From Alphaproteobacteria bacterium (GTDB lineage Bacteria > Pseudomonadota > Alphaproteobacteria > Rhizobiales > NORP267), in the NCBI GenBank assembly GCA_028599125.1, contig JAQRMX010000032.1, positions 1 through 54,218 on the forward strand: 54,218 nt of DNA, read 5' to 3'. The position numbers and the translations under genes were made by a program. Shown piece by piece: positions 20,863 through 31,053 of this stretch (the stretch's first letter is position 1; each line of letters begins with the position of its first letter). The notes beneath the pieces were generated by a model that was not told where the DNA came from, searched no databases, and saw only the letters and a program-made list of their open reading frames with translations.

Positions 20863-22500
20863 TTATGACTTGAACCCCACATACCGCAAGCGGTCTAATA
20901 TACGAGAAAATTGTAAAGCGTTCTCTGACTCAGGAAAATTCATTCCTTCAATATAGGTTCCACCAGCTACGTAAACAGGAGTAGTTTCAGCAAGTGAAGA
21001 ATCCACATAGCGATATGAGCCTGAAGATTCACGTTCCAAATCGCCAAACAGCAACGGAAATGCATAAGCATCACCATGATAAACTTTACCGGTATTTTTA
21101 TCAGGGTAATTTCCAATAAGACCAAACATATATCTCTTTAAATTTTTCGTTATGCTCATCTCGTAAGCTTTCAAGACATTATCATAAACGACAGATATCT
21201 CCTTTTTCTTTGCCTCTAGCATCAGAACGCTCAGGGAATATATGAAATCCAGTCTGTCTGATTGTTTCATGAATATCTGAATTCGCTTTATACCTGACCA
21301 ATCAGGGTCGTTTTCAGGTTTGTTATCTGTAAGATTTTTTAAGATAGACCGACAGGAGGTTATGGTCTTTTCCCCGGAATCCCCTAAACCAGATATATGA
21401 TCAGAAATAGAGTGAATGGCGCTATTCAGACTTTTTTCTAAATTTTCTTTTTGAACAGGATCTACAAATAAGCAGTTACTAACGTCCAAAAGTGCCTGGC
21501 TCTGTTTTTGAAATGTTATCAGATGACCCGTGAATGGGATTACATTATCATCATTTGCAAGCTCTTTTGCTCCGAGGCCAGAACAATTAAAAACAAGCTT
21601 ATCGCCTATATCAGAAAAATTCTTAACGCGAACGTTAGGCGTCACGCTTATATTGTTTTCCGAAATGAAGTTTCTTAGCTCTCTCCGAACATGTTCGACA
21701 TTCATAAAAAACAATTGTGACAGGACTACATCATGCGTTTCATTTTCAACTTTTATCTTGGTTTTGAAAACAGGGGGAATTAATCCCAGATTTACTAATT
21801 GCTGTGTTGATTGACTTGAATTATAGCCGAATGAAGGCATAAGCTCAGCATCAACATCCTGAAAATCAGGATTATTTCCTAGACTTATATCATGATACGC
21901 TGCGTAAGAATTTAATAATTGCTGCTCTGTTCCGCTATGCCCGATAAGAACAGGTTCGAATAACCCTCCCGCATGATCTGATGCCAGATCACTTAACTTA
22001 TCTGCAACGATAGAAATTTTACCTATGATGCCAGGATTTTTTTCTTTGAGTTTGCTTAGGTAATATGCAGAAAACTGTCCTATAATGCCAGCACCTATGA
22101 TTGTTACGTCAGCTCCCTTGAGGTAATTCCATTTTCCTTCAAGCTGCTTCAAAAGGATAGCGACAGCTTCTTGCGTTGTTCCCGGTGCGAGTGTCCAGCC
22201 AGAGCCACCATGACCATAACAGTGGACAATATGTTTTTGATCAATTTGCTCTGATTCAATACGAATACCTTCTGGCCGTGCAGGGCGAACGCAAATAATA
22301 TCTTTGTATATGTTTAATTTGGAGCCAATTTTTATTGGAAAAAGTCTATGAACTGAGGTCAATTTATTTTGCTTTCTTAAAACATCGTAAGCAATAGATA
22401 AGAAAAGATAGAAAAAATATGACAAAGGAGCTATAAACTTCAAGAACATACGTTTGGTCATTGTAATTCTTATCTTTCTGGAAGCATTTTTATCTGACAA
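20863..22500 (-). CDS. Circularly permuted D-amino-acid-oxidase-like FAD oxidoreductase with an internal insertion
   Basis: The motifs normally at the DAAO C-terminus (VRPAR..GIRIE...IVHCYGHGGSGWTL) precede the Rossmann motif VTIIGAGIIG. Later motifs: SDHAGGLF, VFNCSGLGAKEL..D..V.P..GHL, GGTY. Alternative start at ATG 22461. Confidence 0.85.
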   Translation of the reverse strand: MSDKNASRKIRITMTKRMFLKFIAPLSYFFYLFLSIAYDVLRKQNKLTSVHRLFPIKIGSKLNIYKDIICVRPARPEGIRIESEQIDQKHIVHCYGHGGSGWTLAPGTTQEAVAILLKQLEGKWNYLKGADVTIIGAGIIGQFSAYYLSKLKEKNPGIIGKISIVADKLSDLASDHAGGLFEPVLIGHSGTEQQLLNSYAAYHDISLGNNPDFQDVDAELMPSFGYNSSQSTQQLVNLGLIPPVFKTKIKVENETHDVVLSQLFFMNVEHVRRELRNFISENNISVTPNVRVKNFSDIGDKLVFNCSGLGAKELANDDNVIPFTGHLITFQKQSQALLDVSNCLFVDPVQKENLEKSLNSAIHSISDHISGLGDSGEKTITSCRSILKNLTDNKPENDPDWSGIKRIQIFMKQSDRLDFIYSLSVLMLEAKKKEISVVYDNVLKAYEMSITKNLKRYMFGLIGNYPDKNTGKVYHGDAYAFPLLFGDLERESSGSYRYVDSSLAETTPVYVAGGTYIEGMNFPESENALQFSRILDRLRYVGFKS

Positions 22501-22840
22501 ACGAAATCATTAATTCGAAAGCCCCCGTTATTATTTGATAGGCGTAATTATTACTTAGAAAAAACACAATCAAAAGAGTCTAGCTAATTTTAAGAGAATG
22601 TCAAAACATAGTAAAATCAGATACAGAGCTACATTATTTAAACCAAACGATATATGTCTATGGATATTTTTTCTATCCATCAGTTTCCGGTGGTTCGGTT
22701 TTCTGCTTCCGTATTTTTTGCGTCTTTATTAGCTTTGCGTTTCCGCCTGGCCCGGATGATACAGGTTTCCTTATCCATTTCAGTATGAACGAAACTGATG
22801 AAAAGACATATCAAAAGAAGCGCTGTGAATGTCTTTATGA

Positions 22841-23335
22841 TTACAGATGCTGGAAAAATTTAATCAACAGCTTACTCCCATGCTCATTTGCCGCCTTTAA
22901 CGCCGCAATATATTGCGCAGCGATTCCTATCGTCGGTCAATGCGCCTTCCCCTGACCAATCCAGAAAAATATCCTGATTTAGACCGGATAGAAAGCTATC
23001 TACCATAATTCGCGTCCAGAGGCCATTTCTGTTTGCAAATGGATGGTAAATCCAGAGCAATTTGTAGTGGTAGGGGAGCCATGCGCTTGCTTTCAGTGGC
23101 TCAAGGGTGGGGTTCTTACGCCGGTAGCGGGATTCAGTCAGGCAAGGAGGAGTATTTTTTGATCTGTATACTTCAGAAAGGCACGCCGATAAAGTTACAT
23201 GAGACCTTCAGTGATATTATACTCCTCCAGCTCATTAAATTCAGTGCGATTGGGAATGTGCCTGACCTTGAGCCCCGTTCATTCGTCTGGCGTTAGCGGC
23301 GTCATGCCTGAAGGTTCGTGAAGTTTGAAATTCAT
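22841..23335 (-). pseudogene. Fic-family 'mobile mystery protein B' relic
   Basis: MNFKLHEPSGMTPLTPDE*TGLKVRHIPNRTEFNELEEYNITEG, and downstream HYKLLWIYHPFANRNGLWTRIM...YIAALKAA (degenerate Fic HPFxNGNGR). Internal stops and a deletion. Confidence 0.8.
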
Positions 23336-23415
23336 TTTCAGCAGTTACTTGGTATGTCGCGCATCATTTCAGATGCACTTCTTCAATCATCCCATTTTTG
23401 CTGCGCCGCACCTCG
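23332..23415 (-). pseudogene. Possible C-terminal scrap of 'mobile mystery protein A'
   Basis: SEMMRDIPSNC* lies immediately upstream of the Fic start, where partner A normally ends. Confidence 0.3.
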
Positions 23416-23539
23416 GTTTTTTCCTTTGAGTTCATGTGAACGCGGGTGTAGCGGGTAAGGCCCCCGGCCTTCTTTTCCGGCTTGGGTCATGGTAGATTCT
23501 CTGCGCTCCTTCGCGAGGGAGAACCGCGTAGATCAGCTT

Positions 23540-23878
23540 GCTCCTATGGCGACAGCATTGACCCACTTATCAATACAAAAGGGTTCCAAGTTTTTGATGA
23601 AATAGGGGAGTTTGGAGGTGCGTATGCTCTCATGCAGCAAAAGATACAATTCGATGAATTTCTAATTGCGGAGCAGATTATCGAGTTGCTTTTCACAGGG
23701 TTGCATACCGGCAAGCCAAGCGTTTCTTTTGTAGCCTCCGGCCAGTTGTAATGGTTTTGACCTTGTCAATATCTTCACTCAGCACCCTCACATCAAGAAA
23801 TCTGGCATGGTGACATCCAAGAAAGGTGAGCAAGTCTGATAATGAATAGAGAATCTGATCGTTACCGTATTGCCGCAT
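23540..23878 (-). pseudogene. TM0106-family RecB-like nuclease/helicase relic with a large internal deletion
   Basis: N-terminal ILYSLSDLLTFLGCHHARFLD joined, via a frameshift, to KQLDNLLRN*KFIELY...ESIRTSKLPYFIKNLEPF (RNase-H-like segment of the family). Confidence 0.7.
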
Positions 23879-23974
23879 GTCTCTGTCTTATAACTTGATT
23901 CATCAATAATTCACTTGATTATTCATCTATTTTCTATTATTGTCAATCTTATAGTATCTCAAGGGATAGAAATT

Positions 23975-24187
23975 ATGATTAACAATGACATCATGACGGT
24001 TAAAGAACTTGCTGAGTATCTCAAAATTGCTGAAAAAACGGCTTACAGATTTGTGTCCGAAGGGAAAGTGCCGAGCTTCAAGGTTGGGAGCGCATGGCGC
24101 TTCAAGAAGGAAGAGATCGATTCGTGGATTAAGGCTCAATGCAGGAATAACAATACTGAAGAACCAAGAAGAAAAAATGAGAACTAG
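23975..24187 (+). CDS. Excisionase-like helix-turn-helix DNA-binding protein (HTH_17)
   Basis: IMTVKELAEYLKIAEKTAYRF...GKVPSFKVGSAWRFKKEEIDSWI; a type commonly seen at the head of R-M cassettes. Confidence 0.9.
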   Translation: MINNDIMTVKELAEYLKIAEKTAYRFVSEGKVPSFKVGSAWRFKKEEIDSWIKAQCRNNNTEEPRRKNEN

Positions 24188-24188
24188 C

Positions 24189-24420
24189 ATGAGCACAGAT
24201 CTGAATAATCCAAATCGGTTCTCTGAAAATGAATATTTTTATCAAGTAAAGGATCAGCTGGAAAGATGGAGCCCTTCAAAAGCTTTATCAGGAAAAAAGG
24301 CGATCCAAGTTATCAATCTCTTTTCCGGGTGGGGTGGAATGTCTCTTTAGATTTGGACTTCTTGCCAAAGTGATCAAGAAGGTACAGCTTATCGAGGAAG
24401 TTAATATAAATGCCCCCGAA
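24189..24420 (+). pseudogene. DNA (cytosine-5)-methyltransferase N-terminal relic
   Basis: IQVINLFSGWGGMSL (motif I, FxGxGG), then a stop/frameshift into FGLLAKVIKKVQLIEEVNIN (motif II-like); the rest is missing. Confidence 0.65.
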
Positions 24421-24453
24421 GCAAATTTATTCAAAAGTAAAGAAGTTAATACT

Positions 24454-24687
24454 ATGAAACAAGAAAAAGTTCAACATGTAGTTACTCCTTTGAAAGGATG
24501 GGCTGTTAAGGGTGCAGGCAACAGTGAAGGCAAAAAAAGTCTTGAATACGCAGGAAAAAACGATTAAATGTGCTGAAAAGATTGCCTGAAATCAGCATTC
24601 TGATCCCAAAATTCTAGCCGGGACGGAAAAAATAGAGCCGCTAACAAGCTATGGTAAAGGCTCTCACCCACCGAACGATAAAAATAA
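24454..24687 (+). pseudogene. DUF2188-family protein, copy 2, frameshifted
   Basis: MKQEKVQHVVTPLKGWAVKGAGNS..., continuing in shifted frames (TQEKTIKCAEKIA, SYG...PP); DNA-similar to 4899-5132. Confidence 0.8.
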
Positions 24688-24706
24688 GTCACAAAGAGCC
24701 GTAATA

Positions 24707-24769
24707 ATGACGAGTGAATTAATTCAACAATAAGATGTGAATAACTCCTGCATGGGTTGCATGTGACCC
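24707..24769 (+). pseudogene. hsdM: HsdM N-terminal relic, copy 2
   Basis: MTSELIQQ*DVNNS, then a frameshift to AWVACD. Same position after DUF2188 as copy 1. Confidence 0.55.
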
Positions 24770-24776
24770 GTACTAT

Positions 24777-24802
24777 AGCTTACAGCTTACAGCTTACAGC
24801 TT
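24777..24802. repeat. Tandem repeat (AGCTTAC)x3.7
   Basis: Read directly from the sequence; lies where hsdM similarity ends. Confidence 0.9.
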
Positions 24803-24909
24803 TAGTGGGCTTTTGATTGAGCCTAACAGAATCACGTAGTGTGCGGATGTCTTTGGTAGCTTTTTCATCAGCTAAGCCAACTTTTTAAGAGCTTTTCTGG
24901 CCTACCGGT

Positions 24910-25479
24910 AGGCGGCTTGCTCTAGAAAAACCTCAAATTCAAGCTCATTGGGATTGATGATGTGCTTCGTGTTTCTGCAGCTAGCAAGGTAACAGCCAAA
25001 GATAGCTCTTCGACATTTATTGCCAGCTTGTTGGAAACGGTCTTGCCAAAATCTTCCAAGACCTGATCAGAATATCAATTTCTAACATCTTCTGGTGCAA
25101 CGTGGGAACAGTTTGTGTTTGAATTTACGGCGATAGAGATTCTGCTGGGTTTATACATGCGGAGAGGTTCAGGAACGTATGGAGCCTGAGCATTTGAAGA
25201 TGAAGGATCAAAGATCTAGGATTCGAGACAAGAAATGGACGCTATTGCTGGTATTGTCCAAGAACGGAGGACATCTCTTATGGAAAACAGTGATGCTGAT
25301 GACAAGCTTAAAAAGCAGAAACAGTCCCTCATAAAAAAGTTACAGGAAAAATTTTAGTTATCAGAAGACCTGGTTCCTTGGTCTCGAAAAGAGACTTTCT
25401 CTAAATTTCGCTTTGTTATTAAGGCTGCTGATAATGTTCTGCGCCAGCTGACTGCATTGACAATGCCTTCCATAGACTG
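24910..25479 (+). pseudogene. Frameshifted hypothetical protein of a type seen in integrative elements
   Basis: Stitched frames: ...EYQFLTSSGATWEQFVFEFT...LKMKDQRS...KWTLLLVLSKNGGHL...DDKLKKQKQSLIKKLQENF...LVPW...FRFVIKAA...*; several frameshifts. Confidence 0.4.
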
Positions 25480-25588
25480 ATGTGAACAGTCAATTACAAG
25501 CAGCAAAAAAGCCTGCAAATTCTGAGATTTTGAGGCTATATCATCTGATATCATATAATTCAGGTTATATGACAGTTCGTTTGTCATC

Positions 25589-25680
<92 letters not shown>

Positions 25681-25746
25681 ACAGGCTTGCCGGAAGGAAG
25701 AGGTTTTTTCCGGAAGCGATCCCATTCAATACACAGCCCCTCTTTC

Positions 25747-25785
25747 TATTTCAAGCCTTTGAAATTATTTCAAGCCTTTGAAATT
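25747..25785. repeat. 19-bp tandem duplication (TATTTCAAGCCTTTGAAAT)x2 upstream of the tRNA
   Basis: Read directly from the sequence; each unit is a near-palindrome. Confidence 0.9.
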
Positions 25786-25987
25786 CATGTCATGAGTCTT
25801 GCAAGGCTCTTGTTTTGTTGTTAAATGCACCAAGATCTGTGGCGGGTTTCGTGAAGCTGGTTTTCTCCGCTTTCCTAATCTTTTTGCCAAAAAGAGTACA
25901 GATACAGTAAAAAGCTGCAAGAAAAGAAGATTTTGTCAAAAGGGTGCGTTGGGCGGAGCTTTGTTTGTCGGCAGGGCCACGGGGTTG

Positions 25988-26016
25988 TTGACACTATTCT
26001 GTGCCGGATATACCCT
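25988..26016 (+). promoter_or_regulatory. Putative sigma70 promoter of rplU-rpmA
   Basis: TTGACA-N17-TACCCT, about 150 nt upstream of rplU. Confidence 0.5.
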
Positions 26017-26091
26017 CTTTCGTATTCTGGTTGGCAGGCTATTGTCTGCGGGGATAATTTCCGGCCGCGAGAGCGGTTCATTTAGGCATGG

Positions 26092-26148
26092 AACCGCCTT
26101 TTTCAGGTCGCGCCCTTGTGAGGTGAACGCGACCTGAAAAAGGCGGTT
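26092..26148. repeat. Perfect 21-bp inverted repeat (15-nt loop) in the rplU leader
   Basis: AACCGCCTTTTTCAGGTCGCG / CGCGACCTGAAAAAGGCGGTT. Confidence 0.92.
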
Positions 26149-26167
26149 ATGTGAGAGGGCGGTTGTT

Positions 26168-26509
26168 ATGTACGCGGTAATCAAGACCGGCGGTAAGCAA
26201 TATCGCGTGGCGTCTGGTGATATTTTGAAGATTGAGAAGCTACCTGCCCAGATCGGCGTTAATGTTGAATTTGACCAGGTTCTCATGGTCGTTGATGATG
26301 AGACGGTTATTGGCAGCCCGCTCATTGAAGGGGCGCGTGTGACGGCGGAAGTCATTGAGCATTCGCGCGGTAAAAAGATCATTATTTTCAAGAAATCGCG
26401 TCGTAAGCACTATCGTCGGCGAAACGGCCATCGTCAGCATGAGACGATTGTGCGCATAGGTGAGGTTTCATTGTCCGCTGCGCGCCCTAGTGTCAAGGAT
26501 GTCGCATAA
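26168..26509 (+). CDS. rplU: 50S ribosomal protein L21
   Basis: [14 protein letters not shown]...[13 protein letters not shown]. Confidence 0.99.
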   Translation: MYAVIKTGGKQYRVASGDILKIEKLPAQIGVNVEFDQVLMVVDDETVIGSPLIEGARVTAEVIEHSRGKKIIIFKKSRRKHYRRRNGHRQHETIVRIGEVSLSAARPSVKDVA

Positions 26510-26677
26510 AAGGGGCCTTGCACGCGGCATCACTCTGGTTCAGGTTGTAGGGTTCATTTTTTCGGTTCTTTACTTCTGGATTTTCCTTCCTGTGCGGGGA
26601 TGCCGCTGTTGCGGAAGAGCTTGTATATGAATAGTTGAACCGGGGGGGCAGTTTCTTCGGTTGATGGGGAGAATGGC

Positions 26678-26953
26678 ATGGCTCATAAGAAGGCAGGTGG
26701 ATCATCGCGCAATGGGCGTAATACGATTGGTCGTCGTCTGGGTGTGAAGAAGTTCGGTGGAGAAAAAGTCAGGGCAGGGAACATCATTATCCGGCAACGC
26801 GGAACAAAATGGCATCCGGGTCTGAATGTGGGCATGGGGACGGATCATACGCTTTTTTCCCTTGTTGATGGTTTTGTTGAATTCCGTGTTGTTTCAAAGA
26901 TTCGTAAGTGTGTCTCTGTTGTTCAGCGCGAAGTGCTGGCGTCGGAGAATTGA
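26678..26953 (+). CDS. rpmA: 50S ribosomal protein L27
   Basis: [14 protein letters not shown]...RRLGVK...[10 protein letters not shown]. Confidence 0.99.
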   Translation: MAHKKAGGSSRNGRNTIGRRLGVKKFGGEKVRAGNIIIRQRGTKWHPGLNVGMGTDHTLFSLVDGFVEFRVVSKIRKCVSVVQREVLASEN

Positions 26954-27158
26954 TTTTTTAACAGGGTATTGGTTTTTTTCTGCTAGGGATCCTTGTATTT
27001 TTCTGCCTGTACGGGCTTGTGTTCAGACGTGTTCGGTTAGTTTTTTCATAGCTTGTTTTGTTCTCTTTCCTTTTTTTCCTTTGTGCTTTGTTTTTTTTGC
27101 GAAAGGGGAAAGGAGGGTCCTGTTTTCCTTTCTTTTGCAAAAGAGTGGCATCGTGTGA

Positions 27159-28274
<1,116 letters not shown>

Positions 28275-29143
28275 TTTTGTTTTTCTATGGAAAAGGTGCT
28301 TCCGAAGTAAGGGCCTCGGGGATGAAACTGCTCGCACTTTGATATTTTTTATCCTATTTTTGATCGGTGTGGCACCTTTTTTCGTTTATTTTTGCTTTAT
28401 TTTTCCAATTTGGTCAGGAAGAGGGTTGTGATGTCCTCTTCATTTCCTTTGGGACAGGATATTTTTTGTTTCTGTTCCGTTTTTCTTTATTTTTTCCAGA
28501 GGTCTGTCTTTTCTCTCCTGCAATCATACTATTGGGGTGCATTGATTTGCGATTCTCTTTATGCTCAGGTGCGGAACAACCCATCATAGATTTCTTCATT
28601 TAAGTCTTTTCTTTCTGAAAGAGCCCCTTTGTTTCCGGTTCCGGATCCGAGATGCGTTACATCGGTCTTTGTGTTGCATCTGTCGCTTTATTTATTGCCT
28701 GTTCTCTTTTTATTTTTTGTCTTATCTCGGCGCACCTGATACATGCGGCGCTGCTTTGTTATTTATCGTTTTTCTTTTTTCACATGAAAGAGGGATGTCC
28801 TTGAGGGCATCTTTACTGTTTGGTATGCTGGAATTCTGTAATACGGGTCTGCTGGAATAGACAAGAGTTTGCCTATGGCGGTGCGCTGTGGGGCTGCTGT
28901 TCCTTATCCTGTTCAGGTTTGGGGAAAGGACTATGTTGTATGCTTTTTTCCCCTGTTGTTCTGATGGAAGGGTACTTTGCGTCTTCATTTTTTGTTCGTT
29001 GGTTCATGTGTCTTTGTCTTGCAGAGGAGAGGCCGAGTTTCGCTATTCAGCGGTTTGAATATTATGTATGCGTCACATAATCGGAAGGATCTTGATGGGT
29101 TTTTCCGGTTGTTTCGACTGGATCTGGAGGTTGATTCTGCTTG

Positions 29144-29773
29144 ATGTACAGGATACAGGAGTGCAAGACACGGGGGTACGGGCGGCCTGTTGGTCTCTTG
29201 GGGGGGTCATTCAATCCGGCTCATCTTGGTCATCGGCATATTAGCCTGAGGGCTCTGCATCGTCTTGGGCTACGGGAGATCTGGTGGGTTGTTACACCGG
29301 GGAATCCCATGAAAAATGCTCAGGAGCTGAAGTCTTTTGCGACACGGTCTGTGTTTGCTGAAAAAGTCTCTGATCATCCTCATATTCATATTTGCCACTT
29401 TGAGTATGAGCGGGGACTTGTCTATACGTCGCATAGTCTTATGGCCTTGCGTGCGGCGCACCGGGATTTTTCTTTTGTCTGGATTATGGGTGCAGATAAT
29501 CTGGTTTCTTTTCACCTCTGGGATGATTGGCGTGGGATCATGAAAACCGTTCCTGTTGCTATTTTTGACCGTCCTGGTTACCGGTATCGAGCTCTATCTT
29601 CTCCTGCTGCAACGGCTTACAGGGCGTTTCGGGTGAGGGAGGAGGAGGATGCAGGAAATTTTGCTTTTCGCTCTGCTCCTGCGTGGTCATTTTTCACAGG
29701 CCCTTTGAATTCTCTTTCGTCTACATATCTGCGGTCTATTGAAGGAGACGGAGGCAGGGGGATATCTGTGTAA
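29144..29773 (+). CDS. nadD: Nicotinate-nucleotide adenylyltransferase
   Basis: LGGSFNPAHLGH, WWVVTPGNPMK, WIMGADNL, LSST. Confidence 0.95.
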   Translation: MYRIQECKTRGYGRPVGLLGGSFNPAHLGHRHISLRALHRLGLREIWWVVTPGNPMKNAQELKSFATRSVFAEKVSDHPHIHICHFEYERGLVYTSHSLMALRAAHRDFSFVWIMGADNLVSFHLWDDWRGIMKTVPVAIFDRPGYRYRALSSPAATAYRAFRVREEEDAGNFAFRSAPAWSFFTGPLNSLSSTYLRSIEGDGGRGISV

Positions 29774-29952
29774 TTTTGTTTTTCTACGGGAAAGATGAGA
29801 GGCCTGTCCGTTGAGGGAGTGATTTTGATACCTTTTGAAGCTTGTTTTTGTATCTCCGAGGTGAAAAATATGCAGGATCAGGTAAGATACGAGTTTCTAT
29901 TTTTGATGATAGTTTAGAGAGAGACGCACAGAAAATAAGGAATAGACAATAC

Positions 29953-30062
29953 AGGTACTGCGGGAATATATGCGGTTTGTGGAGCGAAAAGCGGGAGGGC
30001 ATAAATTTTGGAAGGTAGAGGTGCTGTGGGAATGTATGCGGTTTGTGGAGCGGAAAGCGGGA
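29953..30062. repeat. Two 44-bp direct repeats (period 66 bp, 4 transitions) at the 5' end of rsfS
   Basis: AGGTACTGCGGGAATATATGCGGTTTGTGGAGCGAAAAGCGGGA versus AGGTGCTGTGGGAATGTATGCGGTTTGTGGAGCGGAAAGCGGGA. Confidence 0.9.
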
Positions 30063-30439
30063 ATTCACAAATCTCGGAGGATAGGTCCGCTGCGAGGGTG
30101 TATCCGAGTCATGGCTCTCTTTCCAGGCTTGTATTGAGCAGTCTTGAATCTTTCAAGGCGGAAGATATTGTCTCTATGTCTCTGAAGGGAAAATCCTCTA
30201 TTGCCGATGAGGTGATCATTGCCTCTGGGGTTGTTGCTCGTCATGTGATTGCGATTGCGGATCAGCTTGTGCGTGATCTCAAGCGAAATTCGTTCCATGT
30301 GATCGGAATGGAGGGCTTGCCGCATGGGGATTGGGTTCTGGTTGATGCTGCTGATGTGATTATTCATGTTTTTCGTCCGGAAGTTCGTTTGTTTTATGAC
30401 CTAGAAGCATTTTGGAGTTCTGACTCCTTTGGGCCGTAG
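30008..30439 (+). CDS. rsfS: Ribosome silencing factor RsfS (Iojap); true start probably further downstream
   Basis: KAEDIV, SSIAD..IIASG, DWVLVDAADVIIHVF, RLFYDLEAFW. Confidence 0.93.
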   Translation: MEGRGAVGMYAVCGAESGNSQISEDRSAARVYPSHGSLSRLVLSSLESFKAEDIVSMSLKGKSSIADEVIIASGVVARHVIAIADQLVRDLKRNSFHVIGMEGLPHGDWVLVDAADVIIHVFRPEVRLFYDLEAFWSSDSFGP

Positions 30440-30476
30440 AGTCGCTTTCTGTTTTGGTTTCGGGAATGAGGTAAAG

Positions 30477-30974
30477 ATGCGGCTGGTCGTTTCGGCATTT
30501 GGGCGCATGCGGCGAGGAGCGGAACGTGATCTGCATGATCACTATGTCACGTCTGCATGTCGTCTTGGCCGGAGTCTAGGCTTTTCAGGTCCCGAGATGG
30601 TTGAGTGGGACAATCCCCGTTGTCGCAAATCTCGCCGTCGGGAGAGAAAGCAACCTCGGTTTCTTTCCTCTCTTCCGATTGACCGCAAAATTATTTCCCT
30701 TGATGAGGCAGGGGAGATGTATACAAGCCGCCAATTTGCACAATTGCTTGCGCATTGGCGGGATGAGTCAATGCCTCTTGCTGTTTTTTTGTTGGGAGGG
30801 GCTGATGGACATGAGGTGCAAGAGGCAGGAGAACCAGCGGATCTAAAACTTTCTTTGAGCTTGATGACGTGGCCGCATATATTTGCACGGATCATGCTGG
30901 TTGAACAGATTTATCGATCCTTCAGCCTGCTTGCCGGCCATCCATATCACCGGGATGGCGGAGGAGTTAGGTGA
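30477..30974 (+). CDS. rlmH: 23S rRNA pseudouridine-1915 methyltransferase RlmH
   Basis: LDEAG, FLLGGADG, LSLSLMTWPH, EQIYRS, GHPYHR. Confidence 0.95.
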   Translation: MRLVVSAFGRMRRGAERDLHDHYVTSACRLGRSLGFSGPEMVEWDNPRCRKSRRRERKQPRFLSSLPIDRKIISLDEAGEMYTSRQFAQLLAHWRDESMPLAVFLLGGADGHEVQEAGEPADLKLSLSLMTWPHIFARIMLVEQIYRSFSLLAGHPYHRDGGGVR

Positions 30975-31053
30975 GTGTTTTTCTTGAAAAGTAACGGGAG
31001 AGGGAGGCCGAATATGTGCTTGATGGTCTTTCGTTGAGGCACGTCTGTTTCCG

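Noticed and set aside
23975-24187. HTH gene as evidence of an active prophage or ICE
   Set aside because: No integrase, structural or conjugation genes; the neighbours are pseudogenes.
29953-30062. Possible mini-CRISPR array
   Set aside because: Only two imperfect, non-palindromic repeats, a 22-bp spacer and no cas genes.
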